A stretch of 64,000 nt of DNA from Eledone cirrhosa. Lineage: Eukaryota. A model generated the notes under the pieces. The model was not told the origin of the DNA. It made no database searches and saw only the letters and a program-made list of their open reading frames with translations. The translations under genes were made by a program, and so were the position numbers. Positions 15,001 through 30,000 of this stretch are shown here, piece after piece. How positions within the stretch are numbered: position 1 is the stretch's first letter; every line of letters starts with the position of its first letter. The DNA lies in contig OZ024741.1 of assembly GCA_964016885.1 (NCBI GenBank), forward strand, positions 24,490,001 to 24,554,000, written 5' to 3'.

Positions 15001-18000
15001 GACCTAACCCTAATCCAGTACATATATAGTAAAAGACCGTGCTTCAGCCATGACGTAACTTTAATCCAATCCATATATAGTAAAACACTGTGCCTCAGCT
15101 GTGACCTAACCCTAATGCAGTACATATATAGTAAAAGACCGTGCTTCAGCCATGACCTAACCCTAATCCAGTACATATATAGTAAAAGACTGTGCTTCAG
15201 CTGTCACCTAACCCTAATCAAGTACATATATAGTAAAAGACCGTGCCTCAGCTGTCACCTAACCCTAATCCAGTACATATATAGTAAAAGACTGTGCTTC
15301 AGCTGTCACCTAAACCTAATCCAGTACATATATAGTAAAAGGCTGTGCTTCAGCTGTCACCTAGCCCTAATCCAGTACATATATAGTAAAAGACTGTGCT
15401 TCAGCCATGACCTAACCCTAATCCAGTACATATATAGTAAAAGACTGTGCTTCAGCTGTCACCTAACCCTAATCCAGTACATATATAGTAAAAGACCGTG
15501 CCTCAGCTGTCACCTAACCCTAATCCAGTACATATATAGTAAAAGACTGTGCTTCAGCCATGACCTAACCCTAATCCAGTACATATATAGTAAAAGACTG
15601 TGCTTCAGCTGTCACCTAACCCTAATCCAGTACATATATAGTAAAAGACTGTGCCTCAGCTGTCACCTAACCCTAATCCAGTACATATATAGTAAAAGAC
15701 TGTGCTTCAGCCATGACGTAACCCTAATCCAGTACATATATAGTAAAAGACTGTGCTTCAGCTGTCACCTAACCCTAATCCAGTACATATATAGTAAAGG
15801 ACTGTGCTTCAGCTGTCACCTAACCCTAATCCATTACATATATAGTAAAAGACTGTGCCTCAGCTGTCACCTAACCCTAATCCAGTACATATATAGTAAA
15901 AGACTGTGCTTCAGCTGTCACCTAACCCTAATCCAGTACATATATAGTAAAAGACTGTGCTTCAGCTGTCACCTAACCCTAATCCAGTACATATATAGTA
16001 AAAGACTCTGCTTCAGCCATGACCTAACCCTAATCCAGTACATATATAGTAAAAGACTGTGCCTCAGCTGTCACCTAACCCTAATCCAGTACATATATAG
16101 TAAAAGGCTGTGCTTCAGCTGTCACCTAACCCCAATCCAGTACATATATAGTAAAAGACTGTGCTTCAGCTGACTCCTAACCCTAATCCAGTACATATAT
16201 AGTAAAGGACTGTGCTTCAGCTGACTCCTAACCCTAATCCAGTACATATATAGTAAAAGACTGTGCTTCAGCTGTCACCTAACCCTAATCCAGTACATAT
16301 ATAGTAAAAGACTGTGCTTCAGCTGTCACCTAACCCTAATCCAGTACATATATAGTAAAAGACTGTGTTTCAGCTGTCACCTAACCCTAATCCAGTACAT
16401 ATATAGTAAAAGACTGTGCTTCAGCTGTCACCTAACCCTAATCCAGTACATATATAGTAAAAGACTGTGCTTCAGCTGACTCCTAACCCTAATCCAGTAC
16501 ATATATAGTAAAAGACTGTGCTTCAGCTGTCACCTAACTCTAATCCAGTACATATATAGTAAAAGACTGTGCCTCAGCTGTCACCTAACCCTAATCCAGT
16601 ACATATATAGTAAAAGACTGTGCTTCAGCTGTCACCTAACCCTAATCCAGTACATATATAGTAAAAGACTGTGTTTCAGCTGTCACGTAACCCTAATCCA
16701 GTACATATATAGTAAAAGACTGTGCTTCAGCTGTCACCTAACCCTAATCCAGTACATATATAGTAAAAGACTGTGTTTCAGCTGTCACCTAACCCTAATC
16801 CAGTACATATATAGTAAAAGACTGTGCTTCAGCTGTCACCTAACCCTAATCCAGTACATATATAGTAAAAGACTGTGTTTCAGCTGTCACCTAACCCTAA
16901 TCCAGTACATATATAGTAAAAGACTGTGTTTCAGCTGTCACCTAACCCTAATCCAGTACATATATAGTAAAAGACTGTGCTTCATCTGTCACCTAACCCT
17001 AATCCAGTACATATATAGTAAAAGACTGTGTTTCAGCTGTCACCTAACCCTAATCCAGTACATATATAGTAAAAGACTGTGCTTCAGCTGTCACCTAACC
17101 CTAATCAAGTACATATATAGTATAAGACCGCGCCTCAGCTGTCACCTAACCCTAATCCAGTACATATATAGTAAAAGACTGTGCTTCAGCTGTCACCTAA
17201 CCCTAATCCAGTACATATATAGTAAAAGACTGTGCTTCAGCTGTCACCTAACCCTAATCCAGTACATATATAGTAAAAGACTGTGCTTCAGCCATGACCT
17301 AACCCTAATCCAGTACATATATAGTAAAAGACTGTGCTTCAGCTGTCACCTAACCCTAATCCAGTACATATATAGTAAAAGACCGTGCCTCAGCTGTCAC
17401 CTAACCCTAATCCAGTACATATATAGTAAAAGACTGTGCTTCAGCCATGACCTAACCCTAATCCAGTACATATATAGTAAAAGACTGTGCTTCAGCTGTC
17501 ACCTAACCCTAATCCAGTACATATATAGTAAAAGACTGTGCTTCAGCTGTCACCTAACCCTAATCCAGTACATATATAGTAAAAGACCGTGCCTCAGCTG
17601 TCACCTAACCCTAATTCAGTACATATATAGTAAAAGACTGTGCTTCAGCCATGACCTAACCCTAATCCAGTACATATATAGTAAAAGACTGTGCTTCAGC
17701 TGACTCCTAACCCTAATCCAGTACATATATAGTAAAAGACTGTGCTTCAGCTGTCACCTAACCCTAATCCAGTACATATATAGTAAAAGACTGTGTTTCA
17801 GCTGTCACCTAACCCTAATCCAGTACATATATAGTAAAAGACTGTGCTTCAGCTGTCACCTAACCCTAATCCAGTACATATATTGTAAAAGACTGTGCTT
17901 CAGCTGTCACCTAACTCTAGTCCAGTACATATATAGTAAAAGACTGTGCCTCAGCTGTCACCTAACCCTAATCCAGTACATATATAGTAAAACACTGTGC

Positions 18001-21000
18001 TTCAGCTGTCACCTAACCCTAATCCAGTACATATATAGTAAAAGAGTGTGCTTCAGCTGACTCCTAACCCTAATCCAGTACATATATAGTAAAAGACTGT
18101 GCTTCAGCTGTCACCTAACTCTAATCCAGTACATATATAGTAAAAGACTGTGCCTCAGCTGTCACCTAACCCTAATCCAGTACATATATAGTAAAAGACT
18201 GTGCTTCAGCTGTCACCTAACCCTAATCCAGTACATATATAGTAAAAGACTGTGTTTCAGCTGTCACCTAACCCTAATCCAGTACATATATAGTAAAAGA
18301 CTGTGCTTCAGCTGTCACCTAACCCTAATCCAGTACATATATAGTAAAAGACTGTGTTTCAGCTGTCACCTAACCCTAATCCAGTACATATATAGTAAAA
18401 GACTGTGCTTCAGCTGTCACCTAACCCTAATCCAGTACATATATAGTAAAAGACTGTGTTTCAGCTGTCACCTAACCCTAATCCAGTACATATATAGTAA
18501 AAGACTGTGTTTCAGCTGTCACCTAACCCTAATCCAGTACATATATAGTAAAAGACTGTGCTGCAGCCATGACCTAACCCTAATCCAGTACATATATAGT
18601 AAAAGACTGTGCTTCAGCTGTCACCTAACCATAATCCAGTACATATATAGTAAAAGACTGAGCTTCAGCTGTGACCTAACCCTAATCCAGTACATATATA
18701 GTAAAAGACTATGCTTCAGCTGTCACCTAACTCTAATCCAGTATATATATAGTAAAAGACTGTGCTTCAGCTGTCACCTAACCCTAATCCAGTACATATA
18801 TAGTAAAAGACTGTGCTTCAGCTGTCACCTAACCCTAATCCAGTACATATATAGTAAAAGACTGTGCTTCAGCTGTCACCTAACTCTAATCCAGTACATA
18901 TATAGTAAAAGACTGTGCCTCAGCTGTCACCTAACCCTAATCCAGTACATATATAGTAAAAGACTGTGCCTCAGCTGTCACCTAACCCTAATCCAGTACA
19001 TATATAGTAAAAGACTGTGCCTCAGCTGTCACCTAACCCTAATCCAGTACATATATAGTAAAAGACTGTGCTTCAGCTGTCACCTAACCCTAATCCAGTA
19101 CATATATAGTAAAAGACTGTGCTTCAGCTGACTCCTAACCCTAATCCAGTACATATATAGTAAAAGACTGTGCTTCAGCTGTCACCTAACCCTAATCCAG
19201 TACATATATAGTAAAAGACCGTGCCTCAGCTGTCACCTAACCCTAATCCAGTACATATATAGTAAAAGACTGTGCTTCAGCCATGACCTAACCCTAATCC
19301 AGTACATATATAGTAAAAGACTGTGCTTCAGCTGTCACCTAACCCTAATCTAGTACATATATAGTAAAAGACTGTGCTTCAGCCATGACCTAACCCTAAT
19401 CCAGTACATATATAGTAAAAGACTGTGCTTCAGCCATGACCTAACCCTAATCCAGTATATATATAGTAAAAGACTGTGCTTCAGCTGTCACCTAACCCTA
19501 ATCCATACATATATAGTAAAAGACTGTGCTTCAGCTGTCACCTAACTCTAATCCAGTACATATATAGTAAAAGACTGTGCCTCAGCTGTCACCTAACCCT
19601 AATCCAGTACATATATAGTAAAAGACTGTGCTTCAGCTGTAACCTAACCCTAATCCAGTACATATATAGTAAAAGACTGTGCTTCAGCTGACTCCTAACC
19701 CTAATCCAGTACATATATAGTAAAAGACTGTGCTTCAGCTGTCACCTAACCCTAATCCAGTACATATATAGTAAAAGACTGTGTTTCAGCTGTCACCTAA
19801 CCCTAATCCAGTACATATATAGTAAAAGACTGTGCTTCAGCTGTCACCTAACTCTAATCCAGTACATATATAGTAAAAGACTGTGTTTCAGCTGTTACCT
19901 AACCCTAATCCAGTACATATATAGTAAAAGACTGTGTTTCAGCTGTCATCTAACCCTAATCCAGTACATATATAGTAAAAGACTGTGCTTCAGCTGTCAC
20001 CTAACCCTAATCCAGTACATATATAGTAAAAGACTGTGTTTCAGCTGTCACCTAACCCTAATCCAGTACATATATAGTAAAAGACTGTGCTTCAGCTGTC
20101 ACCTAACCCTAATCCAGTACATATATAGTAAAAGACTGTGCTTCAGCTGTCACCTAACCCTAATCCAGTACATATATAGTAAAAGACTGTGCTTCAGCTG
20201 TCACCTAACCCTAATCCAGTACATATATAGTAAAAGATTGTGCTTCAGCTGTCACCTAACCCTAATCCAGTACATATATAGTAAAAGACTGTGCTTCAGC
20301 TGTCACCTAACCCTAATCCAGTACATATATAGTAAAAGACTGTGTTTCAGCTGTCACCTAACCCTAATCCAGTACATATATAGTAAAAGACTGTGCTTCA
20401 GCTGTCACCTAACTCTAATCCAGTACATATATAGTAAAAGACTGTGCCTCAGCTGTCACCTAACCCTAATCCAGTACATATATAGTAAAAGACTGTGCTT
20501 CAGCTGTCACCTAACCCTAATCCAGTACATATAAGTAAAAGACTGTGCTTCAGCTGTCACCTAACCCTAATCCAGTACATATATAGTAAAAGACTGTGCT
20601 TCAGCCATGACCTAACACTAATCCAGTACATATATAGTAAAAGACTGTGCTTCAGCTGTCACCTAGCCCTAATCCAGTACATATATAGTAAAAGACTGTG
20701 CTTCAGCCATGACCTAACCCTAATCCAGTACATATATAGTAAAAGACTGTGCTTCAGCCATGACCTAACCCTAATCCAGTACATATATAGTAAAAGACTG
20801 TGCTTCAGCTGTCACCTAACCCTAATCCAGTACATATATAGTAAAAGACTGTGCTTCAGCTGTCACCTAACCCTAATCCAGTACATAAATAGTAAAAGAC
20901 TGTGCTTCAGCTGTCACCTAACCCTAATCCAGTACATATATAGTAAAAGACTGTGCTTCAGCTGTCACCTAACCCTAATCCAGTACATATATAGTAAAAG

Positions 21001-24000
21001 ACTGTGCTTCAGCCATGACCTAACCCTAATCCAGTACATATATAGTAAAAGACTGTGCTTCAGCTGTCACCTAACTCTAATCCAGTACATATATAGTAAA
21101 AGACCGTGCTTCAGCCATGACGTAACTTCAATCCAATCCATATATAGTAAAAGACTGTGCTTCAGCCATGACCTAACCCTAATCCAGTACATATATAGTA
21201 AAAGACTGTGCTTCAGCCATGACGTAACTTTAATCAAATCCATATATAGTAAAAGACTGTGCTTCAGCTGTCACCTAACTCTATTCCTGTACATATATAG
21301 TAAAAGACTGTGCTTCAGCTGTCACCTAACCCTAATCCAGTACATATATAGTAAAAGACCGTGCTTCAGCCATGACCTAACCCTAATCCAGTACATATAT
21401 AGTAAAAGACTGTGCTTCAGCCATGACCTAACCCTAATCCAGTACATATATAGTAAAAGACTGTGCTTCAGCTGTCACCTAACTCTAATGCAGTACATAT
21501 ATAGTAAAAGACCGTGCCTCAGCTGTGACCTAACCCTAATCCAGTACATATATAGTAAAAGACTGTGCCTCAGCTGTGACCTAACCCTAATCCAGTACAT
21601 ATATAGTAAAAGACCGTGCTTCAGCCACGATCTAACCTTAATCCAGTACATATATAGTAAAAGACTGTGCATCAGCTGTGACCTAACCCTTATCCAGTAC
21701 ATATATAGTAAAAGACTGTGCTTCAGCTGTGACCTCACCCTAATCCAGTACATATATAGTAAAAGACTGTGCTTCAGTTGTCACCTAACCCTGATCCAGT
21801 ACATATATAGTAAAAGACTGTGCTTCAGCTGTCACCTAACCCTAATCCAGTACATAAATAGTAAAAGACTGTGCTTCAGCTGTCACCTAACCCTAATCCA
21901 GTACATATATAGTAAAAGACTGTGTTTCAGCTGTCACCTAACCCTAATCCAGTACATATATAGTAAAAGACTGTGCTTCAGCTGTCACCTAACCCTAATC
22001 CAGTACATATATAGTAAAAGACCGTGCCTCAGCTGTCACCTAACCCTAATTCAGTACATATATAGTAAAAGACTGTGCTTCAGCCATGACCTAACCCTAA
22101 TCCAGTACATATATAGTAAAAGACTGTGCTTCAGCTGACTCCTAACCCTAATCCAGTACATATATAGTAAAAGACTGTGCTTCAGCTGTCACCTAACCCT
22201 AATCCAGTACATATATAGTAAAAGACTGTGTTTCAGCTGTCACCTAACCCTAATCCAGTACATATATAGTAAAAGACTGTGCTTCAGCTGTCACCTAACC
22301 CTAATCCAGTACATATATTGTAAAAGACTGTGCTTCAGCTGTCACCTAACTCTAGTCCAGTACATATATAGTAAAAGACTGTGCCTCAGCTGTCACCTAA
22401 CCCTAATCCAGTACATATATAGTAAAACACTGTGCTTCAGCTGTCACCTAACCCTAATCCAGTACATATATAGTAAAAGAGTGTGCTTCAGCTGACTCCT
22501 AACCCTAATCCAGTACATATATAGTAAAAGACTGTGCTTCAGCTGTCACCTAACTCTAATCCAGTACATATATAGTAAAAGACTGTGCCTCAGCTGTCAC
22601 CTAACCCTAATCCAGTACATATATAGTAAAAGACTGTGCTTCAGCTGTCACCTAACCCTAATCCAGTACATATATAGTAAAAGACTGTGTTTCAGCTGTC
22701 ACCTAACCCTAATCCAGTACATATATAGTAAAAGACTGTGCTTCAGCTGTCACCTAACCCTAATCCAGTACATATATAGTAAAAGACTGTGTTTCAGCTG
22801 TCACCTAACCCTAATCCAGTACATATATAGTAAAAGACTGTGCTTCAGCTGTCACCTAACCCTAATCCAGTACATATATAGTAAAAGACTGTGTTTCAGC
22901 TGTCACCTAACCCTAATCCAGTACATATATAGTAAAAGACTGTGTTTCAGCTGTCACCTAACCCTAATCCAGTACATATATAGTAAAAGACTGTGCTGCA
23001 GCCATGACCTAACCCTAATCCAGTACATATATAGTAAAAGACTGTGCTTCAGCTGTCACCTAACCATAATCCAGTACATATATAGTAAAAGACTGAGCTT
23101 CAGCTGTGACCTAACCCTAATCCAGTACATATATAGTAAAAGACTATGCTTCAGCTGTCACCTAACTCTAATCCAGTATATATATAGTAAAAGACTGTGC
23201 TTCAGCTGTCACCTAACCCTAATCCAGTACATATATAGTAAAAGACTGTGCTTCAGCTGTCACCTAACCCTAATCCAGTACATATATAGTAAAAGACTGT
23301 GCTTCAGCTGTCACCTAACTCTAATCCAGTACATATATAGTAAAAGACTGTGCCTCAGCTGTCACCTAACCCTAATCCAGTACATATATAGTAAAAGACT
23401 GTGCCTCAGCTGTCACCTAACCCTAATCCAGTACATATATAGTAAAAGACTGTGCCTCAGCTGTCACCTAACCCTAATCCAGTACATATATAGTAAAAGA
23501 CTGTGCTTCAGCTGTCACCTAACCCTAATCCAGTACATATATAGTAAAAGACTGTGCTTCAGCTGACTCCTAACCCTAATCCAGTACATATATAGTAAAA
23601 GACTGTGCTTCAGCTGTCACCTAACCCTAATCCAGTACATATATAGTAAAAGACCGTGCCTCAGCTGTCACCTAACCCTAATCCAGTACATATATAGTAA
23701 AAGACTGTGCTTCAGCCATGACCTAACCCTAATCCAGTACATATATAGTAAAAGACTGTGCTTCAGCTGTCACCTAACCCTAATCTAGTACATATATAGT
23801 AAAAGACTGTGCTTCAGCCATGACCTAACCCTAATCCAGTACATATATAGTAAAAGACTGTGCTTCAGCCATGACCTAACCCTAATCCAGTATATATATA
23901 GTAAAAGACTGTGCTTCAGCTGTCACCTAACCCTAATCCATACATATATAGTAAAAGACTGTGCTTCAGCTGTCACCTAACTCTAATCCAGTACATATAT

Positions 24001-27000
24001 AGTAAAAGACTGTGCCTCAGCTGTCACCTAACCCTAATCCAGTACATATATAGTAAAAGACTGTGCTTCAGCTGTAACCTAACCCTAATCCAGTACATAT
24101 ATAGTAAAAGACTGTGCTTCAGCTGACTCCTAACCCTAATCCAGTACATATATAGTAAAAGACTGTGCTTCAGCTGTCACCTAACCCTAATCCAGTACAT
24201 ATATAGTAAAAGACTGTGTTTCAGCTGTCACCTAACCCTAATCCAGTACATATATAGTAAAAGACTGTGCTTCAGCTGTCACCTAACTCTAATCCAGTAC
24301 ATATATAGTAAAAGACTGTGTTTCAGCTGTTACCTAACCCTAATCCAGTACATATATAGTAAAAGACTGTGTTTCAGCTGTCATCTAACCCTAATCCAGT
24401 ACATATATAGTAAAAGACTGTGCTTCAGCTGTCACCTAACCCTAATCCAGTACATATATAGTAAAAGACTGTGTTTCAGCTGTCACCTAACCCTAATCCA
24501 GTACATATATAGTAAAAGACTGTGCTTCAGCTGTCACCTAACCCTAATCCAGTACATATATAGTAAAAGACTGTGCTTCAGCTGTCACCTAACCCTAATC
24601 CAGTACATATATAGTAAAAGACTGTGCTTCAGCTGTCACCTAACCCTAATCCAGTACATATATAGTAAAAGATTGTGCTTCAGCTGTCACCTAACCCTAA
24701 TCCAGTACATATATAGTAAAAGACTGTGCTTCAGCTGTCACCTAACCCTAATCCAGTACATATATAGTAAAAGACTGTGTTTCAGCTGTCACCTAACCCT
24801 AATCCAGTACATATATAGTAAAAGACTGTGCTTCAGCTGTCACCTAACTCTAATCCAGTACATATATAGTAAAAGACTGTGCCTCAGCTGTCACCTAACC
24901 CTAATCCAGTACATATATAGTAAAAGACTGTGCTTCAGCTGTCACCTAACCCTAATCCAGTACATATAAGTAAAAGACTGTGCTTCAGCTGTCACCTAAC
25001 CCTAATCCAGTACATATATAGTAAAAGACTGTGCTTCAGCCATGACCTAACACTAATCCAGTACATATATAGTAAAAGACTGTGCTTCAGCTGTCACCTA
25101 GCCCTAATCCAGTACATATATAGTAAAAGACTGTGCTTCAGCCATGACCTAACCCTAATCCAGTACATATATAGTAAAAGACTGTGCTTCAGCCATGACC
25201 TAACCCTAATCCAGTACATATATAGTAAAAGACTGTGCTTCAGCTGTCACCTAACCCTAATCCAGTACATATATAGTAAAAGACTGTGCTTCAGCTGTCA
25301 CCTAACCCTAATCCAGTACATAAATAGTAAAAGACTGTGCTTCAGCTGTCACCTAACCCTAATCCAGTACATATATAGTAAAAGACTGTGCTTCAGCTGT
25401 CACCTAACCCTAATCCAGTACATATATAGTAAAAGACTGTGCTTCAGCCATGACCTAACCCTAATCCAGTACATATATAGTAAAAGACTGTGCTTCAGCT
25501 GTCACCTAACTCTAATCCAGTACATATATAGTAAAAGACCGTGCTTCAGCCATGACGTAACTTCAATCCAATCCATATATAGTAAAAGACTGTGCTTCAG
25601 CCATGACCTAACCCTAATCCAGTACATATATAGTAAAAGACTGTGCTTCAGCCATGACGTAACTTTAATCAAATCCATATATAGTAAAAGACTGTGCTTC
25701 AGCTGTCACCTAACTCTATTCCTGTACATATATAGTAAAAGACTGTGCTTCAGCTGTCACCTAACCCTAATCCAGTACATATATAGTAAAAGACCGTGCT
25801 TCAGCCATGACCTAACCCTAATCCAGTACATATATAGTAAAAGACTGTGCTTCAGCCATGACCTAACCCTAATCCAGTACATATATAGTAAAAGACTGTG
25901 CTTCAGCTGTCACCTAACTCTAATGCAGTACATATATAGTAAAAGACCGTGCCTCAGCTGTGACCTAACCCTAATCCAGTACATATATAGTAAAAGACTG
26001 TGCCTCAGCTGTGACCTAACCCTAATCCAGTACATATATAGTAAAAGACCGTGCTTCAGCCACGATCTAACCTTAATCCAGTACATATATAGTAAAAGAC
26101 TGTGCATCAGCTGTGACCTAACCCTTATCCAGTACATATATAGTAAAAGACTGTGCTTCAGCTGTGACCTCACCCTAATCCAGTACATATATAGTAAAAG
26201 ACTGTGCTTCAGTTGTCACCTAACCCTGATCCAGTACATATATAGTAAAAGACTGTGCTTCAGCTGTCACCTAACCCTAATCCAGTACATAAATAGTAAA
26301 AGACTGTGCTTCAGCTGTCACCTAACCCTAATCCAGTACATATATAGTAAAAGACTGTGCTTCAGCTGTCACCTAACCCTAATCCAGTACATATATAGTA
26401 AAAGACTGTGCTTCAGCCATGACCTAACCCTAATCCAGTACATATATAGTAAAAGACTGTGCTTCAGCTGTCACCTAACTCTAATCCAGTACATATATAG
26501 TAAAAGACCGTGCTTCAGCCATGACGTAACTTCAATCCAATCCATATATAGTAAAAGACTGTGCTTCAGCCATGACCTAACCCTAATCCAGTACATATAT
26601 AGTAAAAGACCGTGCTTCAGCCATGACGTAACTTTAATCCAATCCATATATAGTAAAAGACTGTGCCTCAGCTGTCACCTAACTCTAATCCTGTACATAT
26701 ATAGTAAAAGACTGTGCTTCAGCTGTCACCTAACCCTAATCCAGTACATATATAGTAAAAGACCGTGCTTCAGCCATGACCTAACCCTAATCCAGTACAT
26801 ATATAGTAAAAGACTGTGCTTTAGCCATGACCTAACCCTAATCCAGTACATATATAGTAAAAGACTGTGCTTCAGCTGTCACCTAACTCTAATCTAGTAC
26901 ATATATAGTAAAAGACCGTGCCTCAGCTGTGACCTAACCCTAATCCAGTACATATATAGTAAAAGACCGTGCTTCAGCCACGATCTAACCTTAATCCAGT

Positions 27001-30000
27001 ACATATATAGTAAAAGACCATGCCTCAGCTGTGACCTAACCTTAATCCAGTACATATATAGTAAAAGACTGTGCATCAGCTGTGACCTAACCCTTATCCT
27101 GTACATATATAGTAAAAGACTGTGCTTCAGCTGTGACCTAACCCTAATCCAGTACATATATAGTAAAAGACCGTGCTTCAGCCATGATGTAACCCTAATC
27201 CAGTACATATATAGTAAAAGACCGTGCTTCAGACATGACCTAACCCTAATCCAGTACATATATAGTAAAGACTGTGTTTCAGCTGTCACCTAACCCTAAT
27301 CCACTACATATATAGTAAAAGACCGTGCTTCAGCCATGACCTAACCCTAATCCAGTACATATATAGTAAAAGACCGTGCTTCAGCCATGACGTAACTTTA
27401 ATCCAATCCATATATAGTAAAAGACTGTGCCTCAGCTGTGACCTAACCCTAATCCAGTACATATATAGTAAAAGACCATGCTTCAGCCATGACCTAACCC
27501 TAATCCAGTACATATATAGTAAAAGACTGTGCTTCAGCTGTCACCTAACTCTAATCCAGTACATATATAGTAAAAGACCGTGCCTCAGCTGTCACCTAAC
27601 CCTAATCCAGTACATATATAGTAAAAGACTGTGCTTCAGCTGTCACCTAACCCTAATCCAGTACATATATAGTAAAATACTGTGCTTCAGCTGTCACCTA
27701 ACCCTAATCCAGTACATATATAGTAAAAGGCTGTACTTCAGCCATGACCTAACCCTAATCCAGTACATATATAGTAAAAGACTGTGCTTCAGCTGTCACC
27801 TAACCCTAATCCAGTACATATATAGTAAAAGACTGTGCTTCAGCCATGACCTAACCCTAATCCAGTACATATATAGTAAAAGACTGTGCTTCAGCTGTAA
27901 CCTAACCCTAATCCAGTACATATATAGTAAAAGACTGTGCCTCAGCTGTCACCTAACCCTAATCCAGTACATATATAGTAAAAGACTGTGCCTCAGCTGT
28001 CACCTAACCCTAATCCAGTACATATATAGTAAAAGACTGTGCTTCAGCTGTCACCTAACCCTAATCCAGTACATATATAGTAAAAGACTGTGCTTCAGCT
28101 GTCACCTAACCCTAATCCAGTACATATATAGTAAAAGACTGTGCTTCAGCTGTCACCTAACCCTAATCCAGTACATATATAGTAAAAGACTCTGCTTCAG
28201 CCATGACCTAACCCTAATCCAGTACATATATAGTAAAAGACTGTGCCTCAGCTGTCACCTAACCCTAATCCAGTACATATATAGTAAAAGACTGTGCTTC
28301 AGCTGTCACCTAACCCTAATCCAGTACATATATAGTAAAAGACTGTGCTTCAGCTGACTCCTAACCCTAATCCAGTACATATATAGTAAAAGACTGTGCT
28401 TCAGCTGACTCCTAACCCTAATCCAGTACATATATAGTAAAAGACTGTGCTTCAGCTGTCACCTAACCCTAATCCAGTACATATATAGTAAAAGACTGTG
28501 TTTCAGCTGTCACCTAACCCTAATCCAGTACATATATAGTAAAAGACTGTGTTTCAGCTGTCACCTAACCCTAATACAGTACATATATAGTAAAAGACTG
28601 TGCTTCAGCTGTCACCTAACCCTAATCCAGTACATATATAGTAAAAGACTGTGCTTCAGCTGTCACCTAACCTTAATCCAGTACATATATAGTAAAAGAC
28701 CGTGCCTCAGCCATGACCTAACCCTAATCCAGTACATATATAGTAAAAGACTGTGCTTCAGCTGTCACCTAACTCTAATCCAGTACATATATAGTAAAAG
28801 ACCGTGCTTCAGCTGTCACCTAACCTTAATCCAGTACATATATAGTAAAAGACCGTGCTTCAGCTGTCACCTAACCTTAATCCAGTACATATATAGGAAA
28901 AGACTGTGCTTCAGCTGTCACCTAACTCTAATCCAGTACATATATAGTAAAAGACCGTGCTTCAGCTGTCACCTAACCTTAATCCAGTACATATATAGTA
29001 AAAGACCATGCTTCAGCTGTCACCTAACCTTAATCCAGTACATATATAGTAAAAGACCGTGCTTCAGCTGTCACCTAACCTTAATCCAGTACATATATAG
29101 TAAAAGACTGTGCTTCAGCTGTCACCTAACCCTAATCCAGTACATATATAGTAAATGACTGTGCTTCAGCTGTCACCTAACCCCAATCCAGTACATATAT
29201 AGTAAAAGACTGTGCTTCAGCTGTCACCTAACTCTAATCCAGTACATATATAGTAAAAGACTGTGCTTCAGCTGTCACATAACTCTAATCCAGTACATAT
29301 ATAGTAAAAGACCGTGCCTCAGCCATGACCTAACCCTAATCCAGTACATATATAGTAAAAGACTGTGCTTCAGCCATGACCTAACCCTAATCCAGTACAT
29401 ATATAGTAAAAGACTGTGCTTCAGCTGTGACCTAACCCTAATCCAGTACATATATAGTAAAAGACTGTGCTTCAGCCATGACCTAACTCTAATCCAGTAC
29501 ATATATAGTAAAAGACTGTGCTTCAGCTGTCACCTAACCCTAATCCAGTACATATATAGTAAAAGACTGTGCTTCAGCTGTGACCTAACCCTAATCCAGT
29601 ACATATATAGTAAAAGACTATTCTTCAGCTGTCACCTAACTCTAATCCAGTATATATATAGTAAAAGACTGTGCTTCAGCTGTGACCTAACCCTAATCCA
29701 GTACATATATAGTAAAAGACTGTGCTTCAGCTGTCACCTAACCCTAATCCAGTACATATATAGTAAAAGAGTCTGCTTCAGCTTTCACCTAACCCTTATC
29801 CAGTACATATATAGTAAAAGACTGTGCTTCATCCCTGACCTAACCCTAATCCAGTACATATATAGTAAAAGACCATGTTTCAGCTGTGACCTAACCCTAA
29901 TCCAGTACATATATAGTAAAAGACTGTGCTTAAGCCATGACCTAACCCTAATCCAGTAAATATATAGTAAAAGACTGTGCTTCAGCCATGACCTAACCCT

